From a virus, in the IMG/VR virus record IMGVR_UViG_3300029563_000007, positions 1 through 58,356 of that record: DNA of 58,356 nt. The stretch is one strand, 5' to 3'. Under the pieces are notes generated by a model, which was given only the letters and a program-made list of their open reading frames with translations, did not search any database and had not been told where the DNA came from. A program made the position numbers and the translations under genes. Positions 43,951-52,305 of this stretch are shown piece after piece (position 1 is the first letter of the stretch; every line of letters starts with the position of its first letter).

Positions 43951-44712
43951 ATGGCAGGCAATTTTATTAAAATTGACAGAAAGATTTTAAAGTGGGAATG
44001 GTGGAGCGATATTAATACATTCAGACTTTTTATGTATATGTTGATAAGTGCCTATTGGAAAGACGGAAATTATAAAGGCAAGATAATTGAAAGAGGGTCT
44101 TTCCCCTCTTCAATATCTGAATTATCAAAAGAAACTAATTTGTCTGTAATGGAAATTCGTACCTCACTAAAACACTTACAATTAACAGGCGAAATAACAA
44201 GCAAAGCAACAAACAAATTCACGATATTTACTGTGGTTAACTACAATTTGTATCAAACGGATAACAAGCAAGATAACAAACAAATAACAAGCAACTTAAC
44301 AGACAATCAACAAACAGATAACATTCTATTAACAAACTCTATATTAAAAGAAAGTAAGAATGAAAGAACAGAAGAAATTAAAGAAGATAAGAATACAGAA
44401 AAAGATATTACTAACGTAATATCCAAAAAGAAAAGTTATTACCCAGATGATGAATTACTTGATGAAGCATTTAATGAGTATGTGACAATGCGTAAGAGAA
44501 TTAAAAAACCTATATGTACCGACAAGGCATTACATAGGGCTATGAACACTCTTGAAAAGCTGTCAGGTGGAGATAATGACTTGGGTGTTAAAATTCTTAA
44601 TCAGTCAGTAGACCATTGCTGGCAAGGACTGTTCGAGCTGAAAGAAGATAATTCTAATAAGCAAGGCAATCAGATTTTCAATAAGGGTGCTATTGACTGG
44701 GATAATGTGTAA
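43951..44712 (+). CDS. replisome organizer / DnaD-like replication protein
   Basis: MAGNFIKIDRKILKWEWWSDINTFRLFMYMLISAYWKDGNYKGKIIERGSFPSSISELSKETNLS... typical organizer N-domain; tandem 12-bp repeats inside. Confidence 0.6.
   Translation: MAGNFIKIDRKILKWEWWSDINTFRLFMYMLISAYWKDGNYKGKIIERGSFPSSISELSKETNLSVMEIRTSLKHLQLTGEITSKATNKFTIFTVVNYNLYQTDNKQDNKQITSNLTDNQQTDNILLTNSILKESKNERTEEIKEDKNTEKDITNVISKKKSYYPDDELLDEAFNEYVTMRKRIKKPICTDKALHRAMNTLEKLSGGDNDLGVKILNQSVDHCWQGLFELKEDNSNKQGNQIFNKGAIDWDNV
44258..44324 (+). repeat. tandem 12-bp iterons inside the organizer gene (candidate ori)
   Basis: GATAACAAGCAA GATAACAAACAA ATAACAAGCAA CTTAACAGACAA TCAACAAACA GATAACATTC. Confidence 0.6.
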
Positions 44713-44732
44713 AAAAAAGGGGGGCAGTAAGA

Positions 44733-44912
44733 ATGAGCAGATTAGATGATACACTTAATGGAATTAATTTCAGATACGATTATCCGCACAACGGAAGGGT
44801 TGAATCACTTTTAAGAACAATAGCGATTAATAGTGCTATTATATGCGACAAATTAGATACTATTTCTAATCAACTGAAAGGAGATGGCAATGACAAGAGA
44901 AGAAACAGTTAA
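44733..44912 (+). CDS. hypothetical 59-aa protein
   Basis: ATG 44733 (MSRLDDTLNGINFRYDYPHNGRVESLL...), overlaps the next gene start. Confidence 0.35.
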   Translation: MSRLDDTLNGINFRYDYPHNGRVESLLRTIAINSAIICDKLDTISNQLKGDGNDKRRNS

Positions 44913-45552
44913 AATCATCCGCATTATGTGTGATTGCTACCCTAACTACAAGCCTAACAACTTATCCGAAACAGTAGATGTGTGGAATATGATGCTGAAT
45001 AATTACAGTTATGAACAAGTGTCAGTTGCACTTAAAGCATACATCAACTCTGATATAAGCGGATTTGCTCCAAGTATAGGACAGTTGATAGGTAAGATAC
45101 AGACAATATCACAGCCACAGGAGCTTGACGGAATGACAGCTTGGGGATTGGTTAGTAAGGCGTTACGGAATGGTACTTATGGAGCAGTTGAAGAATTTAA
45201 CAAGCTACCGCCACTTGTAAAACAGGCGGTTGGTTTGCCAGATAACCTTAAAAACTGGGCAACATCAGATTATCAGACGATTGAAACAGTAATACAATCG
45301 AATTTCTTAAGAACCTATGAAACAGTTGTTAAGCGTGCAAATGAAATAAATCGTATGCCAGACGACATTAAGTCACTTATCGAAAAGACGAATGCAATTT
45401 CGTATAAAGCTCAATTCCAGCAAAAATTCCAAAGGGATATAAATACACCTACAATCAAAGAAAATGTCCTTATTGGTCAAAATACAAACGCAGAAGAATA
45501 TATTGAAGCACCTAAAGAAGTGCAAGATAGAATTGACAGAATGAGAGGTTGA
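44890..45552 (+). CDS. helicase-loader-like protein (G39P-like N-domain)
   Basis: MTREETVKIIRIMCDCYPNYKPNNLSETVDVWNMMLNNYSYEQVSVALKAYI resembles the loader/inhibitor of G40P family; follows the organizer gene. Confidence 0.4.
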   Translation: MTREETVKIIRIMCDCYPNYKPNNLSETVDVWNMMLNNYSYEQVSVALKAYINSDISGFAPSIGQLIGKIQTISQPQELDGMTAWGLVSKALRNGTYGAVEEFNKLPPLVKQAVGLPDNLKNWATSDYQTIETVIQSNFLRTYETVVKRANEINRMPDDIKSLIEKTNAISYKAQFQQKFQRDINTPTIKENVLIGQNTNAEEYIEAPKEVQDRIDRMRG

Positions 45553-45558
45553 TTTTCA

Positions 45559-46203
45559 ATGGAGACAACGCCAATTAGTCCGCAGAAGAAATTATATAAT
45601 TACCGCCGAGAGAATGGATTGTGCCCTAAATGCGGCAAGCCGCTTGATAGAAAAGGCTTTTATTGTGAAGAATGTAGGGAGAAGCAAACGACTTACAGTA
45701 GAGAAACTAGAGAACTTTGCAGGCAGTTTAAAATTTGCCCGGAATGTCGCAAAAATAAACTTGTGGGTGATGAAAAGATATGTCCGGAATGTTTGGCTAA
45801 CAAAGCTGAATATAGAGCTAATCACCCATTAAGTGATGATAAGCGAAGAAAAAACAATGAAGCATTTAAACAATATTCAAAAAACTTATATGCTGAACGT
45901 AGAAAAGCTGGCATATGTGTTAGATGTGGCAAGGCTAAAGCTGTTAAGGGTAAAGCAAAGTGTTTTATATGTCAGAGTAAAGATAATGCTATCCACAGAA
46001 AAAGAACTGAAAATAGGCAAAATATAAAAGAATATCGCAAAGAAAATCACTTGTGCTATTACTGTGGAGAACCTATTAACAGACCACAAGGGCAATTGTG
46101 TCAGAAATGCTGGCAGACAGACTATGAAAGGGGTAAAAGCCTTAAGAATGATAACAGCAAGCACTACTGGCGATACGACAATCAGTTTCTAAGAAAGAAG
46201 TGA
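45559..46203 (+). CDS. protein with four tandem CxxC...CxxC zinc-ribbon repeats
   Basis: CPKCGK..CEEC, CPECRK..CPEC, CVRCGK..CFIC, CYYCGE..CQKC. Confidence 0.5.
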   Translation: METTPISPQKKLYNYRRENGLCPKCGKPLDRKGFYCEECREKQTTYSRETRELCRQFKICPECRKNKLVGDEKICPECLANKAEYRANHPLSDDKRRKNNEAFKQYSKNLYAERRKAGICVRCGKAKAVKGKAKCFICQSKDNAIHRKRTENRQNIKEYRKENHLCYYCGEPINRPQGQLCQKCWQTDYERGKSLKNDNSKHYWRYDNQFLRKK

Positions 46204-46207
46204 AAAT

Positions 46208-46486
46208 ATGAGCAAGGCAGAACAGAAAAAGTTTAAGGAACAAATGTTGCGTGTTCAGATGAACAGAATTAGCAATGAACACCAGAAAAAAAATTTTGAA
46301 TCAGCATTGATATTAATTATGTGGGTACTACATGATAAGTTCGGTTTCGGACAGCAGAGATTAACAAAAGTACAGAGAGAACTTAAAGTACTTATAGATA
46401 ACTATAATGACGGATTATTCACAGCGGAAGAGCTTGTTAATCAGTTATACGAAGAAACAGGAATAGAACATATTAAGTTTAAATAA
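46208..46486 (+). CDS. hypothetical protein
   Basis: ORF track 92 aa. Confidence 0.45.
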   Translation: MSKAEQKKFKEQMLRVQMNRISNEHQKKNFESALILIMWVLHDKFGFGQQRLTKVQRELKVLIDNYNDGLFTAEELVNQLYEETGIEHIKFK

Positions 46487-46498
46487 GGAGATAGGCTT

Positions 46499-46897
46499 AT
46501 GAAGTTTTCGGGACTGACTAAGCCGGAGCTTGATGAAATAATTGAAAATGCCAATTTCACAGAAGAGGAACTAAGAATTTTCAAGTTGCTTGTGGGTAAT
46601 ATGAGCTTAGAACAGGTTAGTCAAAGACTTATGTTATCCAAAGCAACAATTTCAAGAAGAGTTAAGGATATAAAAATCAAGATAGAAAGGACTGATGACA
46701 TGGTTAAAACAATTCCTATATGGGAAAAAGTTACATTAACAGTTGAAGAAGCGTCCGAATATAGCAATATCGGAATTAATAGAATCAGCAGTATGCTTAA
46801 TGAAATTAGCTGTCCATTTGTTTTAAGAGTTGGGAATAAGAGGCTTGTTAAGCGTAAGGAGTTTGAGCACTATATAGAAAAAAGTAACGAAATATAG
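46499..46897 (+). CDS. two-domain DNA-binding protein: sigma-region-4/LuxR-like HTH plus excisionase-type HTH
   Basis: EEELRIFKLLVGNMSLEQVSQRLMLSKATISRRVKDIK and LTVEEASEYSNIGINRISSMLNE...LRVGNKRLVKRKEFEHYIE; directly upstream of int. Confidence 0.5.
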   Translation: MKFSGLTKPELDEIIENANFTEEELRIFKLLVGNMSLEQVSQRLMLSKATISRRVKDIKIKIERTDDMVKTIPIWEKVTLTVEEASEYSNIGINRISSMLNEISCPFVLRVGNKRLVKRKEFEHYIEKSNEI

Positions 46898-46915
46898 AGA
46901 TATATTGAAATATAT

Positions 46916-46959
46916 GCCTTGATGTAGTAATATGTGGTTGTCTATATCAAGGCTTTTTT
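46916..46959 (+). terminator. rho-independent terminator whose loop carries a GTAGTAA arm-site-like word
   Basis: GCCTTGAT...ATCAAGGC then TTTTTT; GCCTTGATGTA recurs at 48454-64. Confidence 0.6.
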
Positions 46960-46979
46960 CAAAAGAAAGGAGCTTTTGA

Positions 46980-48167
46980 ATGGGAAAAGATTTAAAAGGT
47001 AAAGAACTAGGTGTAGGATTGTCGCAGCGAAAGGACGGTGTGTATCAAGGGAGATATAAAGATAGATTTAATAAGATTAAATATATTTATGGCACAAAGT
47101 TATCAGAAGTTAAAAAAGAATTGGCTGTTGCAATAGCAGAAAATATTCAATTTACAAGCATTAGAGATGATATTAAGCTGGACGATTGGTTTAATCGTTG
47201 GATAGAAGTGTACAAAAAGAAAAGTGTACGCCCTAATACCCTTAGAGAATACACTCACATATACAATAAAAATATATCACCTTTTTTAGGAAATCGCAAC
47301 ATAAATTCCTTTGTTAAATCAGATATTCAAACACTAATTGATAAAATAGCTGATGACAATTATAAATATGAACGGCAGAACAAGATTAAGGTTATACTTA
47401 ATGATATGTTCAGTAGAGCAATAGAAGATGACTTAATGATTAAAAATCCAGCAAAAGGTGTAAAGCTTAGGGCTGATAAAGAACTTAAAGCTTTCACACT
47501 AACAGCAAAACAACAGATAGAGTTTTTAGAAGCAAGTAAAGGGACATTTTACGATAATTTGTATAATGTGGCAGTTAATACAGGCTTGCGGCCAGGGGAA
47601 TTGTTTGCACTTACACCTAATGATATACACTTAGATGAGGGGTATATTGATGTTAATAAGACACTTGTGTATCAAAAATACCTTGATGATAAGTGCAAAA
47701 CTTTTCACATTGAGCCGCCTAAAACCAAACAGAGTTATAGACAAGTACCTATTAACAGCGAATGCATTAAATATCTTGAAAAGCAGTTCGAATTAAAGGA
47801 TATTGTAAAGTGCAAAAGACCTAAAGAGCAGAACAATTATTTGTTTGTGACAAGTTATAACACGCCTCTCAATTCGCAGATTTATTCAGATTCAATTAAA
47901 GCTATTGTTAAGCAGATAAATCTTGCAAGAAGTTTTGATAACGAATTTCCTGTGTTTAGTGGACATACTTTAAGACATACTTTTGCTACAAGATGTTTTG
48001 AAGCAGGTGTGCAGGCAAAAGTTGTTCAATCATATTTAGGTCATGCAACTCTTAAAATGACAATGGATTTATATACACATGTAACAGAAGAAAGAGCGGC
48101 AGTAGATATTGAAAGAATTGTGAAAGACAAGGACAACATTGTTGATTTTAAGAAAAGTGCTGTGTAG
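46980..48167 (+). CDS. int: tyrosine integrase (Tn916-Int-like, with N-terminal arm-binding domain)
   Basis: 395 aa; N-terminus ...VGLSQRKDGVYQGRYKDRFNK..; catalytic GLRPGE, HTLRHTFAT, LGHATLKMTMDLYTH. Confidence 0.9.
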   Translation: MGKDLKGKELGVGLSQRKDGVYQGRYKDRFNKIKYIYGTKLSEVKKELAVAIAENIQFTSIRDDIKLDDWFNRWIEVYKKKSVRPNTLREYTHIYNKNISPFLGNRNINSFVKSDIQTLIDKIADDNYKYERQNKIKVILNDMFSRAIEDDLMIKNPAKGVKLRADKELKAFTLTAKQQIEFLEASKGTFYDNLYNVAVNTGLRPGELFALTPNDIHLDEGYIDVNKTLVYQKYLDDKCKTFHIEPPKTKQSYRQVPINSECIKYLEKQFELKDIVKCKRPKEQNNYLFVTSYNTPLNSQIYSDSIKAIVKQINLARSFDNEFPVFSGHTLRHTFATRCFEAGVQAKVVQSYLGHATLKMTMDLYTHVTEERAAVDIERIVKDKDNIVDFKKSAV

Positions 48168-48437
48168 TAAGTGTGTAGTACTACACACATTAAAACTGAA
48201 AAAACCACAAAATAAGAGGGTTTAAGATGCATAATATATTTAACTTGGAAAACTTATTATGTATACCAGACGACCCCTTATGAACTTAACAAAAAGCACG
48301 ATAAATGCGGTATTTAAGGGTTTTTATGTGACATTAGACTGATTATCAATTTCCACATATTTCTATGTATTTCAATGCATTTCAATAGCAAAAGTGTGTA
48401 GTAAGTGTGTAGTAACAAGATTAAAAGTGTGTAGTAA
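48162..48437. repeat. attP-type region with five GTGTAGTA(A) arm-type repeats and an 18-bp palindrome
   Basis: GTGTAGTAA at 48162, 48173, 48396, 48407, 48429; palindrome GTGTGTAGTACTACACAC 48171-88; CATTTCAAT x2 at 48370-87. Confidence 0.6.
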
Positions 48438-48476
48438 ATTAAAACTAAATAAAGCCTTGATGTATGACATAAATAT

Positions 48477-48509
48477 GAGAAGAACTTGATAATGTTCTTC
48501 TCTTTTTTT
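48477..48509 (+). terminator. rho-independent terminator at the edge of the att region
   Basis: GAGAAGAAC-TTGATAAT-GTTCTTCTC then TTTTTTT. Confidence 0.7.
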
Positions 48510-48544
48510 ATGCAAAAATATAATCAGAAAGAGAGGTAATGCGA

Positions 48545-48700
48545 ATGTTTTCTGATGAAGTTAGAGAAAAAATCTTAAGCAAAGAAGAATTGCAAAAGCT
48601 TGACTTAGTGACATTATCTCTTGTTATCCACGCAATCGAGGAAGTTTTAGAGGAGGCAGACAATGAACAATCCTTATCAAGCAGTGCCTATGATGAATAA
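48545..48700 (+). CDS. hypothetical acidic 51-aa protein
   Basis: SD GAGAGG then ATG 48545; overlaps the next gene by 38 nt. Confidence 0.3.
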   Translation: MFSDEVREKILSKEELQKLDLVTLSLVIHAIEEVLEEADNEQSLSSSAYDE

Positions 48701-49193
48701 TTCTTATATGCAATCTCAAAATCCATATATGGATAGAATGAACTTTTTGCAAAATTATCAGCAGAGCTTGCAACAACAGCCTATGCAGATGAATCAGCAG
48801 CCTATGCCACAGCAGATAGCAGGCATTAACGGAAGAATAGTACAGACAGTTGAAAATATTAATGCAAATGAAGTGCCTATGGATGGCTCAATGGCATTTT
48901 TTCCAAAACAGGATATGTCGGAAATATATGTTAAGGGTTGGAATGCTGACGGAACAATTAAGACGGTTGTGTATAAGCCTTATACAGCCCCTAAAGATAA
49001 TCAGACAGTAAATTCTATGGCTAATACAGAAAACGCTAAATTTACCCTATCAGACGAAAGCACACAGCTATTTCTGAATAAGTTTGAGGAATTATCGGAG
49101 AAAATAGGGCAGTTGGAAAATAGATTTGATAAATCTTTAGGAACACAGAGAAAAACATCAAGAACTCAAAGTAAGGGCGGTGATGAAGAATGA
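48663..49193 (+). CDS. Q/M/N-rich N-terminus plus beta-rich domain protein, unknown function
   Basis: 176 aa; MNNPYQAVPMMNNSYMQSQNPYMDRMNFLQNYQQSLQQQPMQMNQQPMPQQ then INGRIVQTVENINANEVPMDGSMAFFPKQDMSEIYVKGWNADGTIKTVVYKPY. Confidence 0.6.
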   Translation: MNNPYQAVPMMNNSYMQSQNPYMDRMNFLQNYQQSLQQQPMQMNQQPMPQQIAGINGRIVQTVENINANEVPMDGSMAFFPKQDMSEIYVKGWNADGTIKTVVYKPYTAPKDNQTVNSMANTENAKFTLSDESTQLFLNKFEELSEKIGQLENRFDKSLGTQRKTSRTQSKGGDEE

Positions 49194-49417
49194 ATCAGCA
49201 GTTAATTCAAACTATAAATCAACTTAAGTCAATTCGGAATCCACAGCAAATGGCAATGAATTGTTTACAACAGTCGGCACAGCGTGGAAATCCTATGGCA
49301 AAAAACTTGCTTAATCAGATAAACAGTGGAAACACGCAAGGCGCAGAGCAAATTTTAAGTAATTTTATGAATACACAAGGAATAAACCTTAATGATATTA
49401 AGGGTATGATGAATTAG
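49190..49417 (+). CDS. Q/N-rich helical small protein
   Basis: 75 aa, ATGA overlap. Confidence 0.5.
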   Translation: MNQQLIQTINQLKSIRNPQQMAMNCLQQSAQRGNPMAKNLLNQINSGNTQGAEQILSNFMNTQGINLNDIKGMMN

Positions 49418-49488
49418 GACATTTTGGGTTGTGCGCACATAATGACCGGTTATCCCATTTGTTAATAAAATAAATGGAGGTAAACAAG

Positions 49489-50256
49489 ATGTTTAATTCA
49501 AACGGAGTTAGTCTCGCAGATATTGCCGCAGTAACAGGCAATAATCGTAATAACGATGGTATGTGGGGCGATGGTGCATGGTGGATTGTAATTCTCTTAA
49601 TCTTTGGCTGGGGCAATAACGGCTGGGGCGGTTTCGGTGGAAATGGCAACGGCGCAGGCTACACTGATTCAGCTATACAAAGAGGTTTTGACAATCAGGC
49701 AGTTATCAGCAAGTTAGATGGCATTTCTAACGGACTTTGTGACGGCTTTTATGCTATGAACAACAGTATGCTCACAGGTTTCAATGGCATTAACACAAAT
49801 ATTATGCAGACAGGCTATGGCATCCAGCAGGCTATTAACGCTGATACAGTCGCTAATATGCAGAATATAAACGCATTACAGGCACAGCTTGCTAACTGCT
49901 GCTGTGAAACTCGTGAAGCTATCCAAGGTGTAAACTACAACATGGCAACTAACACTTGCGCTTTACAAAACACAATGAACAATAACGCAAGAGACATTAT
50001 CGACAGTCAGAATGCAGGAACGCGCGCTATTCTCGATTATCTCTGCAATGAGAAAATTTCTTCCTTACAGGCAGAAAATAACGACCTTCGCAGAGCAGCT
50101 TCGCAGGATCGTCAGAGTGCATTACTTACAACTCAGATGGCAGCTCAGACACAGCAGATTATCAATGCTGTAAATCCGGCACCAATTCCGGCATATACAG
50201 TACCTAATCCAAATGCGTATTATGGATGCGGATGTAATACAGGATGCGGATGCTAA
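49489..50256 (+). CDS. membrane protein with G/W/N-rich segment, Q/N-rich repeats and Cys-rich tail
   Basis: SD GGAGG then ATG 49489; GAWWIVILLIFGWGNNGWGGFGGNGNGAG, CCCETREAIQG, C-terminus YYGCGCNTGCGC. Confidence 0.6.
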   Translation: MFNSNGVSLADIAAVTGNNRNNDGMWGDGAWWIVILLIFGWGNNGWGGFGGNGNGAGYTDSAIQRGFDNQAVISKLDGISNGLCDGFYAMNNSMLTGFNGINTNIMQTGYGIQQAINADTVANMQNINALQAQLANCCCETREAIQGVNYNMATNTCALQNTMNNNARDIIDSQNAGTRAILDYLCNEKISSLQAENNDLRRAASQDRQSALLTTQMAAQTQQIINAVNPAPIPAYTVPNPNAYYGCGCNTGCGC

Positions 50257-50409
50257 ACAATTAAATAATCAAGTATCTTAATCAAATTTAATCGGTTTAA
50301 TTCTTAGTTTATCTTGGTTTTAATCGGTTTAATCGAGTTAAGTATCGAGTTTAACTCGAAAGAAAACTCGGAAGATTATGTCTGCTAAGCAGTATTACTT
50401 ACAAACACA

Positions 50410-50441
50410 AAGGGCAGGCTATAATGTTTGCCCTTATTTTT
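50410..50441 (+). terminator. rho-independent terminator
   Basis: AAGGGCA...TGCCCTT then ATTTTTAT. Confidence 0.6.
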
Positions 50442-50461
50442 ATGAAAGAGAGGTAAAAATA

Positions 50462-50881
50462 ATGGAAATAACAGGAATTGCGTTACAAACAGTTGCCGCC
50501 GGCGAAGATGTGGCATTCACAGAAACAGCAGTGAACGGAACAAAATGTATCGTACACAGACAGGGAAGCGGAATTATCAAGTTAAGAGGTATCACAAATC
50601 AGTGCAAGGCTAGATTTTTGGTATCGTATTCCGGCAACATTCAGATTCCGACAGGCGGTACAGTCGGAGCTATTTCACTTGCCATTGCAGTAGACGGAGA
50701 GCCTTTACAGTCAACACGAATGATAGTTACTCCGGCAGCAGTACAAAATTTATTTAACGTTTCAGCGCAGGCATACGTTGATGTGCCTTGTGGTTGTTGC
50801 AGTACAGTAGCGGTGCAAAATACATCTACACAGGCTGTTGAGGTGCAGAACAGCAACTTAATCGCAGTAAGGGAGGCTTGA
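50462..50881 (+). CDS. beta-sandwich protein reminiscent of BclA C-terminal / C1q-TNF-like jelly-roll domains
   Basis: SD GAGAGG then ATG 50462; VAFTETAVNGTKCIV...GIIKLRGI...FLVSYSGNIQIPTGG..ISLAIAVDGEPLQ...VAVQNTSTQAVEVQNSNLIAV; pattern-level resemblance only. Confidence 0.4.
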   Translation: MEITGIALQTVAAGEDVAFTETAVNGTKCIVHRQGSGIIKLRGITNQCKARFLVSYSGNIQIPTGGTVGAISLAIAVDGEPLQSTRMIVTPAAVQNLFNVSAQAYVDVPCGCCSTVAVQNTSTQAVEVQNSNLIAVREA

Positions 50882-50885
50882 TGAT

Positions 50886-51500
50886 ATGCATAAATGGGCT
50901 AAACAGATTATGGAATGTGTCAAGGCAAAAGTTGAAGCAATCGGATTAGATAGCTTTGAGGGGCAGAACCTTGACGATTTAAAGGATTTTACAGAAATAG
51001 CGAAGAATATAGCTTGCTTTGACAAGGATTACAGAATTGTTGAAGCTATGGAAAAGTCAGAAGATAATGAGGATATTATGCGTATGCTTGAACAGTACGA
51101 AGATTATCCGGACAGAAGATTTTACGACCACTACCGCTATGCAGATGGAAGATTTGCCCCTAAAGGTAAAGGAACATACCGCAGAGGATATGAAGAACCA
51201 CCTTATTACCATATGTACCCAGAAAGAGATATGGATAGAGAGTATGGCAGAATGTACTATACAGAGCCTACAAGTACACATACCGCTGAAAGTGGCTATG
51301 ACAGGGCAAAGAGAATGTATACAGAAACTAAAGAAATGCACAAAGCTAATACACCAGAGGATAAGGAGCATAAGATGAAGTCCCTTGACAGCTACACTAA
51401 GGAACTTGCAAGCGACATTACAGGTATGGTTGCCGATATGTCAGCAGAAGAAAAAAACTTACTTAGAACAAAGTTAAGCACTCTTGTATCTAAGATTTGA
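50886..51500 (+). CDS. Tyr/Arg/Glu/Pro-rich protein, unknown function
   Basis: 204 aa; ...YRRGYEEPPYYHMYPERDMDREYGRMYYTEP... Confidence 0.5.
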   Translation: MHKWAKQIMECVKAKVEAIGLDSFEGQNLDDLKDFTEIAKNIACFDKDYRIVEAMEKSEDNEDIMRMLEQYEDYPDRRFYDHYRYADGRFAPKGKGTYRRGYEEPPYYHMYPERDMDREYGRMYYTEPTSTHTAESGYDRAKRMYTETKEMHKANTPEDKEHKMKSLDSYTKELASDITGMVADMSAEEKNLLRTKLSTLVSKI

Positions 51501-51507
51501 TTTTAAG

Positions 51508-51543
51508 GGCTATGGGTAGCAATATTCATAGCCTGTTTTATTT
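51508..51543 (+). terminator. terminator-like hairpin
   Basis: GGCTATG...CATAGCC then TGTTTTATTT. Confidence 0.5.
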
Positions 51544-51559
51544 AGAAAGGGGCATACAG

Positions 51560-51880
51560 ATGATTTTTAACATCAATGGTACAATTTGGCACATACAATA
51601 TAAAAATTCAAATTCAAGTGAATTAAGGCGGTCGGACAACACAATTAGCTTAGGTGTAACTGACAGAAACACGCATACAATATACCTGTCAGACAAATTG
51701 CAGGGATTTATGCAACGCAAAGTGCTTATACACGAAGTATGCCACGCAATCTGTATGTCTTATGATGTGTATTTACCGATTGAGCAGGAAGAAATATTGT
51801 GCGATTTTGTAGCAACTTACGGAGATGAAATATTTGATATTGTTGATATGGTGCTTGGGGCAGTTAGGAGAGTGGGATAA
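51560..51880 (+). CDS. small HExxH putative metallopeptidase
   Basis: SD AAAGGGG then ATG 51560; motif VLIHEVCHAI. Confidence 0.45.
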   Translation: MIFNINGTIWHIQYKNSNSSELRRSDNTISLGVTDRNTHTIYLSDKLQGFMQRKVLIHEVCHAICMSYDVYLPIEQEEILCDFVATYGDEIFDIVDMVLGAVRRVG

Positions 51881-52026
51881 TGAGTATTGATGAGCTATTG
51901 GAAATAATTCAAAGGACTAATCCAACTATGACAAAGGAATTATTGATATATGAGCTTAGTCAATGTCAGTATTCAAGTAAGGCGTTGATACATACAGAAG
52001 AATGCTGTCAAAAAATTTCGAGGTAA
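51880..52026 (+). CDS. hypothetical 48-aa protein
   Basis: ATG overlaps the upstream TAA; MSIDELLEIIQRTNPTMTKELLIYELSQCQYSSKALIHTEECCQKISR. Confidence 0.35.
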   Translation: MSIDELLEIIQRTNPTMTKELLIYELSQCQYSSKALIHTEECCQKISR

Positions 52027-52039
52027 CGCATTCAATACG

Positions 52040-52305
52040 CCCCCAGGTATGGCATTTTGTATTCGCAATTTCGATTTTGACAATTCCCAAAATTTGGTCC
52101 AGATTTCGTTCAAATCCTACTTAAAAATTGGAAAAATTTCTCCACAAATTTTATTGCTAAAAATTTTGATACCCCCGTCATATGCAATTTTGGAATCCAA
52201 AAATCGGTTACGCAGAATTTCAATTTTTGCTCCCGATTTCGTTCAGATTTGCCCTGAAAAATTGATGAAAAACTTCAACAGATTAAAGTGCATTATATAA
52301 ACTTG
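52040..52305. repeat. two degenerate ~132-bp tandem repeats rich in phased A/T tracts
   Basis: Both units start CCCCC(A/G).. (52040, 52172) and share GCAATTT.., GATTTCGTTCA(A/G)AT (52102, 52235) and ..AAAAATTG..AAAAA..TTC. Confidence 0.55.

Noticed and set aside
52049-52300. 83-aa plus-strand track ORF in the tandem-repeat region.
   Set aside because: It has no SD and a low-complexity sequence generated by the A/T-tract repeats. The two repeat units are more similar at DNA level than at protein level.
52040-52305. Possible CRISPR mini-array or solitary repeat units.
   Set aside because: There are only two long (~132 bp), diverged, directly abutting units. There is no short repeat plus unique spacer organisation, and no cas genes in the genome.
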